From a virus: 64,000 bases of DNA. Below, piece by piece: positions 57,391-64,000 of this stretch. Below the pieces are notes generated by a model that worked only from the letters and a program-made list of their open reading frames with translations, was not told where the DNA came from and searched no databases. The translations under genes and the position numbers were made by a program. The DNA is taken from IMG/VR virus record IMGVR_UViG_3300008110_000009; one strand, 5' to 3'. How positions within the stretch are numbered: position 1 is the first letter of the stretch; every line of letters begins with the position of its first letter.

Positions 57391-58108
57391 AAAATTCCAC
57401 CCCAAAGTCAACCAAAACTGGGACCTTTTCTCCTGACGGGGCGATTACATCTACTATTAAGTCTAAACCTGGTTTATTTTCTGATACAAATTTTTTAAAT
57501 TCTAACGAATCTTTAATTGGTAGATTTTGAATAAATTGATAAATAGCCATTTGATCTCTTTGACCTTCTACCGATTTTATCATCATTTCCAATCTTTTTG
57601 TATTAACAGGAGCAACGTTTGTGCCACTTGATTCTTTAATTAATTGTAATTCTTTTTCTTGTGTATTTGATAAAAACTTAAAAGTTACATTCTTTTTGGA
57701 TACTGGAAGACTAAAAGTATATTCACCGTTAGCATCTGGTGTCAATTTAAAGTCTTTTACCTTTAAAACAGATAAATCTATTACAGTTTCAAATTGCTTT
57801 TTTGTTGCTGGGTCTGTAATTGTTACTGTATACTCAGTTCCAAATGCGGTATTTCTTAAAAATATTAATATTGCTTGTCTATCTTCTTCTACAATCTCAT
57901 CAAAAGAAACATCTTTATCTAAAATTTTTCTTTTTAATAATTCATCCACAACTGTTTCGGATTGAATCAGGTTTGGTGACATTAAAATATTTTCATCTGA
58001 TGCAGTTAAGTATGCAACTCTTAATGATTTTCTTCCGTTGGAATAATGTACACCTTGAGAAGGTAATTGAACAACATCATACGCAACCATTGGGTTAATA
58101 TTTTCCAT
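57368..58108 (-). CDS. Tail assembly chaperone / T4 gp26-like protein
   Basis: VQLPSQG..Y...YLTASDENIL; ends FGVEFFRPFYGI; lies between tube and tape measure genes. Confidence 0.75.
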   Translation of the reverse strand: MENINPMVAYDVVQLPSQGVHYSNGRKSLRVAYLTASDENILMSPNLIQSETVVDELLKRKILDKDVSFDEIVEEDRQAILIFLRNTAFGTEYTVTITDPATKKQFETVIDLSVLKVKDFKLTPDANGEYTFSLPVSKKNVTFKFLSNTQEKELQLIKESSGTNVAPVNTKRLEMMIKSVEGQRDQMAIYQFIQNLPIKDSLEFKKFVSENKPGLDLIVDVIAPSGEKVPVLVDFGVEFFRPFYGI

Positions 58109-58169
58109 AATAGTATTGAATTCTTTTCTTTTAATATAACTATAAAATAATTAAAAATCAACAGTGTAA

Positions 58170-58185
58170 GGTTTCACGTGGAACA
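58170..58185. promoter_or_regulatory. parS-like site
   Basis: GGTTTCACGTGGAACA (reverse TGTTCCACGTGAAACC) matches the B. subtilis-type parS TGTTCCACGTGAAACA at 15/16; intergenic. Confidence 0.75.
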
Positions 58186-58216
58186 CTTGTTACAAGTAAT
58201 TGATAATCAGTTAAAT

Positions 58217-58252
58217 AAAAATCCCACATCCGTTTTTCACGAATATGGGATT
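58217..58252 (-). terminator. Rho-independent terminator after the tail tube gene
   Basis: ATCCCATATTCGT-GAAAA-ACGGATGTGGGAT (two G-U pairs, which fix the orientation as minus) followed by a T-tract. Confidence 0.85.
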
Positions 58253-58273
58253 ATAAATAAAACTATTTGAATA

Positions 58274-58762
58274 TTAGTAAACTTGGATACATCTATCCAT
58301 TCTTAGTTCAGCATCGATTGAAGCTAAAGCATCTTCTGAATAGCTAAGATCACCAAAATTTAAACTTGTTAAGAAACAGCCTTCTAAAATCCACTTCTCA
58401 ACAACAACCCCTGTTGGATCTAACATTTCAAGTTCTACGTTCTTTTTATATCCTGCAGCATAGCCCATTCTACCGGTTACGGATTCAGCATGAAGACGGA
58501 ACCATTCCATCAATGCTTGGGATGCAGATGGACCAATTGGATCTTTAAAAGTAACCTTAATTGGGTCCCAGGTAAATCTACCTGCTACATATGTTGAAGT
58601 ATTTAAAAACGGAATTTCAGTTGAATTAATTTTAGCACTAGGACGGGATGTAGATGTTACATACCACTCGTTGATACCCAAAGATGATGGAAATCTTAGG
58701 ATAAACCTATTTTTACGTTTCGGCTCATATGGAACCGGCATTTTCATTAATAAATCTGCCAT
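58274..58762 (-). CDS. Tail tube protein (T4 gp19-like)
   Basis: EPKRKNRF...RPS...YVAGRFTWDPI.VTF.DPI...W...YKK...LDPTGVVVEKWIL; follows the sheath gene. Confidence 0.9.
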   Translation of the reverse strand: MADLLMKMPVPYEPKRKNRFILRFPSSLGINEWYVTSTSRPSAKINSTEIPFLNTSTYVAGRFTWDPIKVTFKDPIGPSASQALMEWFRLHAESVTGRMGYAAGYKKNVELEMLDPTGVVVEKWILEGCFLTSLNFGDLSYSEDALASIDAELRMDRCIQVY

Positions 58763-58877
58763 TGTGTTTGTGTTATATTGTTTTGTTTATTTCTTTCCTT
58801 ATAAATATATCAATATTAGAAATAAATTTATTTTTCAAAATACTTGACTTTTTGGAAAAAAATCGTTAGCTTTTTGC

Positions 58878-59007
58878 TACTACGTTACTAAAATACTAAT
58901 GTTCTAATATTACTATTTTACTTTATTCTAATATTTCTATGTTCTATTATTTCTAATGTACTGATTTTCAATGTACTAATATTCTTTAATTACTACTTTA
59001 TACTAAT
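58878..59007. repeat. Degenerate ~8-bp tandem array, T(A/T)CTAAT(A/G)-like
   Basis: tactaaaa tactaatg ttctaata ttactatt ttacttta ttctaata tttctatg ttctatta ...; ~15 imperfect units in a non-coding gap. Confidence 0.7.
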
Positions 59008-59036
59008 AAAAAAGGGATGGTTAAAAACCACCCCTT
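59008..59036 (-). terminator. Rho-independent terminator after the sheath gene
   Basis: AAGGGGTGGTT-TTT-AACCATCCCTT followed by a T-tract on minus. Confidence 0.8.
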
Positions 59037-59056
59037 GTTCAGTCAGATTCTGACTA

Positions 59057-61900
59057 TTAGATATTCTCAAAAGAAGCTCCTGTTGGTGTAATAATAAACT
59101 CAACATCAATAAATTCTAACGCTCTTGTAGGTTTGATGTAAATCTTACCTCTCAATGTGTTAGCATCAATATCTTCTGGATCGTTTGATACGCTTACACG
59201 GAAATCATAAAGACCTCTTTCTTTCTTAATTGATTCAAGAATTGGGTTAACCAATCTTAAGAACTCTTGTCTAACTTGATCATCGTTTTGTTCAAACAAT
59301 AATCTTACAGCTACTGCAGATATTAACTTTCTTGCTCTTAATAATAATCTTCTTACGTTGATTCTATCAAGTGCTGATTCTCTAACTTGTAACGTTTTGT
59401 TACCCCAGATAATAGTACCTGTATCAGAGAATGTTGCAATTGGGTTAATTCTAGCTTTGTAAAGTTCATCTCTTTCATCAAGAGTTAACTTCTTAGTTGC
59501 TTTGATTGAGTTAACAAGACCTCTTGAATAACCAGCGACCGCAAACCATGGGTAAGATACATTATCAGTTAATGCAATATTCTTCAATACTTCACCTGTT
59601 GGCGGAATATAAAGTTGTGTAGCGTTATCTGTATCTCTTACTTGAATCCAAGGCCAGTAAGTTGCTGAGTAGTTAGAATCGAATCCTAAATCATCTAAAG
59701 CACCAATTACTTCGTCAGCACCTGTTGTACCACTAAAGTTAGGAGCGTTGATGATATAAAGCGAGTCTGCTCTATCATTCTCAATAATATCAACCGCCTG
59801 ATTTACAAGTGAGCTATGGTCATTCCAGTTAATACCTGGTGTAGCAAAAATATTAATATCAACAGCTTCAGGATTTTTGAATGTTTCAATACCTTGTAAA
59901 AATGCATAGTAATCTGAGTTACCAACTAAACTATTGAATACACCGCCATTAGTTGTGTGCCCACTTATGTAAGTTGTCTTTCCGAAAATGAAACCATCTC
60001 CGTTTGATCTAACATTTCTATAGATATCCCAACCATCAAATCCACCAAATACTGGTAATGTAAATTTACGGAAATTAACACCATCTAATTTACCTTTATC
60101 AGTACCTTCTAAATCGTATGAAGTTGTTTTAAATAATTTTTCACCAGTAGTTCCTGTAATATTTGCTGCGTTAACAGACAAGTGGAAACCAAAAGACGAA
60201 TCAGTTGCATCGGTACCTTTAAATTTGAACATATCTCTATCGAAAATGAAGTGTTCATCTGTAGATAAACCTAATGTAACCTTCTTAACCTTATCACCAT
60301 TTGTTGTTACAGGGGTTCCGTCTATATTGTAGTATAGAACATCACCAGCATCGTAGTATTTTGTTTTAAAACGAATACCACCAACATTAGCTTTTGTTGT
60401 TACGCCCTTGAAACCAGCTGGGATTGCATCTGTTGGAGCATCATCTGCCATAACCAACATAATGTACTTAGATCTTAATTCATATTCACCATCAGAAGTA
60501 CCGATCTTTCTACCAACATAACCTGGAAGATCTGGATTCATAGTACATCTACTATATTTTTCTAATACAACTTGATTTGCATCAGTATCGTTGAAATCAC
60601 GAACAAGAACATCAAATTCACCTGTGTCTAAATCAATATTTTGAACAGTTACTTTAACTTCGTAATTAGATGCATCACCATCAGATATTGTTAAGAAACT
60701 GAATAGGTCAAATACCTTACCGCCCCTAACTTCAGAAACGATGGTTGAAGATCCAGCCATATCCCACTGGGTCATGAAGTTATCACCTTCAGTTGCGTTT
60801 ACAACTGTTGTACTTAAACCTCTAATTAAACCTTGTTCAAAAAGATTTGAAACTAAGTTTGGATATGCTTCGTGTACATATAATGGATATTCAATTTTAT
60901 CTTTATCAAATACATCAGCACCAATTACCTTTGTAAGGTATTTTGTGGAAGTTTGATCTAAAGAACAATTAAATGTTCTAACATCACTATCGATATCAGT
61001 TACTTGAATTGTAAAGTCAGCTAAAGGATTGGTTGATAATCCAGAGCCACTAACACTAACAGTTGTGCCGGTTACTCTATGTGTTAATACGTTTTGAATA
61101 TAGTTACCTCTAGATCTTAATAAGCAAACTTGCATATCATGATAATCAGTATTCAAAGACGCGTTATACTTAAATCTTGTAACGGTAAATTCTGAAGTAC
61201 CAGTTGAGTAAACAAAAAGGTATGAATATACACCATCAATTGTTGAATCAGTAGAACCTGTTTTAGTATAGTAAACGTTGTACCAATCTTTATTATTGTT
61301 TGAGCCGATTGGTGAAACCAACTCTGTTCCTGTAAGTCCGCTAGTAGCAGATTCTGGAACTTCCCCAATTGTAAACCACTCGTTGTGTGCATAAACACCA
61401 CCAGAATTGGTTGCTGCTACCAAGTAGTTAGTTATTGAAGAACCTTCTGTTGAAGTTTTTCCTGATAATTCAGCATAGATTGTGCTGCCTGTTACACCTG
61501 TTGTTGTTGGTATTAATGAAATACCTGCTGTTGATCCGCTTAGTGAACCAAGAGTTACACCGCCTAGAGCTTTGATACCCCAAGTTCTGCCTGGTTTATA
61601 TCCAGTAAGTCCTAATACACGGGTTACAAATAATTGGTTTGACTCTTGTAAATAAGATTTCGCAACATATGGAAGTTCATATTTTGGATTTCCAGCACCA
61701 TCTTTTGCGGGGCTAGTACCACCAAAATAAGTTCTAAATTCATCAAAATTTGAAATTAGAATTGGTTCAAATGCTGGACCTTTCAAAGTCTCACCAACCA
61801 GACCCAATGTTGTAACACCTACACTTTGAGCTACGAATGTTAAATCTTTCTCTGATGTATACACACCTGGAGAAACGAATACTCTGTTTGAATTTGCCAT
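59057..61900 (-). CDS. Contractile tail sheath protein (T4 gp18-like)
   Basis: VSPGVYTSEKD N-terminus; YWPW, PWFAVAGYSRG, RINPI, WGNKTLQ, RINVRRL, FEQND, IKPTRALEFI. Confidence 0.97.
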   Translation of the reverse strand: MANSNRVFVSPGVYTSEKDLTFVAQSVGVTTLGLVGETLKGPAFEPILISNFDEFRTYFGGTSPAKDGAGNPKYELPYVAKSYLQESNQLFVTRVLGLTGYKPGRTWGIKALGGVTLGSLSGSTAGISLIPTTTGVTGSTIYAELSGKTSTEGSSITNYLVAATNSGGVYAHNEWFTIGEVPESATSGLTGTELVSPIGSNNNKDWYNVYYTKTGSTDSTIDGVYSYLFVYSTGTSEFTVTRFKYNASLNTDYHDMQVCLLRSRGNYIQNVLTHRVTGTTVSVSGSGLSTNPLADFTIQVTDIDSDVRTFNCSLDQTSTKYLTKVIGADVFDKDKIEYPLYVHEAYPNLVSNLFEQGLIRGLSTTVVNATEGDNFMTQWDMAGSSTIVSEVRGGKVFDLFSFLTISDGDASNYEVKVTVQNIDLDTGEFDVLVRDFNDTDANQVVLEKYSRCTMNPDLPGYVGRKIGTSDGEYELRSKYIMLVMADDAPTDAIPAGFKGVTTKANVGGIRFKTKYYDAGDVLYYNIDGTPVTTNGDKVKKVTLGLSTDEHFIFDRDMFKFKGTDATDSSFGFHLSVNAANITGTTGEKLFKTTSYDLEGTDKGKLDGVNFRKFTLPVFGGFDGWDIYRNVRSNGDGFIFGKTTYISGHTTNGGVFNSLVGNSDYYAFLQGIETFKNPEAVDINIFATPGINWNDHSSLVNQAVDIIENDRADSLYIINAPNFSGTTGADEVIGALDDLGFDSNYSATYWPWIQVRDTDNATQLYIPPTGEVLKNIALTDNVSYPWFAVAGYSRGLVNSIKATKKLTLDERDELYKARINPIATFSDTGTIIWGNKTLQVRESALDRINVRRLLLRARKLISAVAVRLLFEQNDDQVRQEFLRLVNPILESIKKERGLYDFRVSVSNDPEDIDANTLRGKIYIKPTRALEFIDVEFIITPTGASFENI

Positions 61901-61981
61901 TGATAAATGTTTGGTTAATTAATTTTATTCTTATCAAATAAATATCTTTGTTTTCAGCAAAGATTTCTGGATTTTTTCGTA

Positions 61982-62021
61982 TTTATATCCTAATTTATCT
62001 TTTTATATCGTTATTTATCTT
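61982..62021 (+). repeat. Tandem 20-bp direct repeat, putative operator
   Basis: TTTATATCCTAATTTATCTT / TTTATATCGTTATTTATCTT (2 mismatches) just upstream of ATG 62027. Confidence 0.6.
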
Positions 62022-62026
62022 TAACC

Positions 62027-62185
62027 ATGGAAAAGAAAAGTAAAAACGTAAAAATCAGTGAAAAGCATCATGAAATGCTAAAAACCTATTGTGATAAGAA
62101 AGGTTTAAAAATTTATAAAGTTTTGGAAAAAATGATTGAAGAAATTGTTAAACCAAAGAAAACCGACATTTACGGAGAGGATTAA
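62027..62185 (+). CDS. Small ribbon-helix-helix-like DNA-binding protein (52 aa)
   Basis: Below the ORF-track cutoff; MEKKSKNVKISEKHHEMLKTYCDKKGLKIYKVLEKMIEEIVKPKKTDIYGED* fits the RHH strand-helix-G-helix pattern. Confidence 0.7.
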   Translation: MEKKSKNVKISEKHHEMLKTYCDKKGLKIYKVLEKMIEEIVKPKKTDIYGED

Positions 62186-63417
62186 TAGACATAGGTAACA
62201 CCAATTTTAGATCCAAGAGTTGGTGAAAAGTTCAATTTAACCTGAGTAGAAGAGTTAACGTCAAACCCTTGACCCTCTTCTTCAACTAGTCCATTTATAT
62301 CTAAACTAACAATACTATCTATTGCATTATTCAATGTAAAAATCAAAGAACCCCCATTATAGTTAAAGTATTCTGTAGTTACCTGTAATGTTTTACCATA
62401 GCTATCAACAAATACACTATTTCTACCTTTAAAATATGTTATAGTAATAGTACTTCCTTCCGGAGGAGGTGACGCAAACGTTATTTTAGATGTTCCCGCT
62501 ATATGAAAGAAATCGATATCTCTTTCTTGTAAGAGACCATTAATTGAAACATTAAACAACATACTAATACTTTCACCAACACTAAATGCGGTCTGCATAC
62601 CATCTGCAACAAATGTTCCAACAGTAATATCAATTCTTTTATTAATATATTTTTTTTGGAAATTCGTATTTTTAGCAAACTCGGTCATTAAGAAGAATCT
62701 ACTAACAGCCGGCTTAACCTCAAATTCGTCTTGGTCTATTAAGAATCCTAACATTGTGAATTGATAATTTTGAAGATAAAATCTACGCCCATCTATTTGT
62801 TCAATTGGTGAATTGTCTTCAACCTTATCCATTATAATTGGGATGTAATGACCTTTTACCATGGTATAAGCCTGTCTAGAAGCAAACTTTTGAAGTATAA
62901 TTTTATTAAATCTATTCAATTCCCTAAGTTTTGTACAAACTATAGTAACCTCAAAAGTAATATCTACCGGAACCGGTTGTGGTATTTTATATATGTCCGC
63001 ACCCATTTGATTCCCGTTCCATGTTGCCACAGAAGCATAATGAAATTGTAATCTTTCTGGAATTGTCCTGATAATAGAGGGGTTTGTCCCTGGCTGAACG
63101 TCCGGTCTTCTAATTACACCAATAAATGGAACCTTAAGATTTCCGTCATCATCCGAAAACTCCCAAGTATTCATAATTTGAGCCCATCTTTGTATTGTTA
63201 ATATTTTTGGAATTACAGGAATTTTTTTACCATCAGATATTACAATAAAATTTTTTGATACGAAATCTAACATTCCCGCATCCAGGTCATCATGTAAAAC
63301 AGAATCTGGAAGATAAGAATCAGATTTTGTTATTTTATCTAATAATTCTTCCCTTCTTTCTGTTAAGATTTTACCTTTGTAAATCTGTATATCTGTTTTT
63401 CTTTTAGGTATTCCCAT
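62182..63417 (-). CDS. Tail terminator / sheath stabiliser (T4 gp15-like) with two C-terminal accessory domains
   Basis: IPQPVPVDITFEV core; position between neck and sheath genes. Confidence 0.6.
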   Translation of the reverse strand: MGIPKRKTDIQIYKGKILTERREELLDKITKSDSYLPDSVLHDDLDAGMLDFVSKNFIVISDGKKIPVIPKILTIQRWAQIMNTWEFSDDDGNLKVPFIGVIRRPDVQPGTNPSIIRTIPERLQFHYASVATWNGNQMGADIYKIPQPVPVDITFEVTIVCTKLRELNRFNKIILQKFASRQAYTMVKGHYIPIIMDKVEDNSPIEQIDGRRFYLQNYQFTMLGFLIDQDEFEVKPAVSRFFLMTEFAKNTNFQKKYINKRIDITVGTFVADGMQTAFSVGESISMLFNVSINGLLQERDIDFFHIAGTSKITFASPPPEGSTITITYFKGRNSVFVDSYGKTLQVTTEYFNYNGGSLIFTLNNAIDSIVSLDINGLVEEEGQGFDVNSSTQVKLNFSPTLGSKIGVTYVY

Positions 63418-63418
63418 T

Positions 63419-63931
63419 TTATACTCCTCTAAATTCTTGATCCTGTGCTATTGCACAAGTAATTGTTCTGTAATATGGTTTATAACCAAATAAATGATGT
63501 GAGTTATCTGAGGTAACCTTCCCATCATTAGTTACAGTATAATATCTTATTTTATTTTCTGACTCTGGATAACCTATATAATCCCCGTATTTTATATCTA
63601 CACCAAGTTCTTCTAAATGTTTAATATAAACAGATAATATTAAATTACCAGGCTCTAGGTATCTCAACATACCACCTTTATAACTTGAGTTTTTCGGGGC
63701 CTCCACTTTAACAAGTGCATTAAACTCAATTGGTGGAAAATATTTTATTTCGTCCTGCCCAACTTCTCCGTAAACATCATCCTTATCTGTCTTCTGTCTA
63801 TCAACCCTATAAAGGACAAGTTTTTGATTTAAATCACCATGTAAGTATTCCTGACCTATTTGGACTTGTAAATTAAAGTCTTCTTCAGAAAAGAATTTAC
63901 TTAATCTGGTTATGGGTAGTTTATTGCTCAT
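63419..63931 (-). CDS. Neck / head-closure protein (T4 gp14-like)
   Basis: DDVYGE..., LEELGVDIKYGDYI; upstream of the tail terminator. Confidence 0.55.
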   Translation of the reverse strand: MSNKLPITRLSKFFSEEDFNLQVQIGQEYLHGDLNQKLVLYRVDRQKTDKDDVYGEVGQDEIKYFPPIEFNALVKVEAPKNSSYKGGMLRYLEPGNLILSVYIKHLEELGVDIKYGDYIGYPESENKIRYYTVTNDGKVTSDNSHHLFGYKPYYRTITCAIAQDQEFRGV

Positions 63932-64000
63932 ACCCTATAAATAGTTTATAAAGTATTTAGAATTACTTATATTATATACTGTATGGAAACTAAAATACCA

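Noticed and set aside
1-64000. Alternative genetic code (TAG or TGA reassignment), as in some large phages
   Set aside because: Genes up to 1940 aa are open under the standard code; TAG (55258) and TGA (41000) end genes at sensible positions.
63983-64000. Start of a divergent plus-strand gene (ATG GAA ACT AAA ATA CCA)
   Set aside because: Plausible, with TTATATTA upstream, but only six codons are visible, so it cannot be supported as a feature.

Overview
AT-rich (roughly 30-33% GC by eye), densely coding segment of a large contractile-tailed dsDNA phage (T4-like gene repertoire, probably a jumbo phage). The likely host is Bacteroidota: A-rich starts without Shine-Dalgarno, SprB-like repeats and a eukaryote/Bacteroidota-type class Ia NrdAB. 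Nearly all genes are on the minus strand and use the standard code. In transcription order (right to left): neck/tail-completion genes, tail sheath, tail tube, tail chaperone, tape measure, large baseplate hub proteins; a replication block (SSB, RecA, 5'-3' exonuclease, DnaB, NrdB, NrdA); baseplate wedge genes; an array of Pro/Thr-linker adhesin-like genes (cadherin, SprB, PA14-like, vWA-like, C1q-like); then RuvC-like resolvase, primase, PD-(D/E)xK nuclease and SbcD/SbcC. Main candidates for new biology: (1) a modular, cellulosome-like virion appendage system in which scaffold proteins carry repeated single-Cys peptides (C-E-F-V-I-D) between Pro/Thr linkers and adhesins carry ~70-aa Cys-containing N-terminal domains; (2) an [S/T]-G-x-T motif concentrated in predicted exterior virion proteins (candidate modification sequon); (3) a probable +1 frameshift (UUU_CGU) in the tail chaperone; (4) a near-consensus chromosomal parS site near an AT-rich octamer array; (5) a TATTTAT(A) promoter-like motif that is the reverse complement of the T4 late promoter; (6) two candidate structured RNAs. 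All product calls come from motif recognition by eye; no database searches were run.
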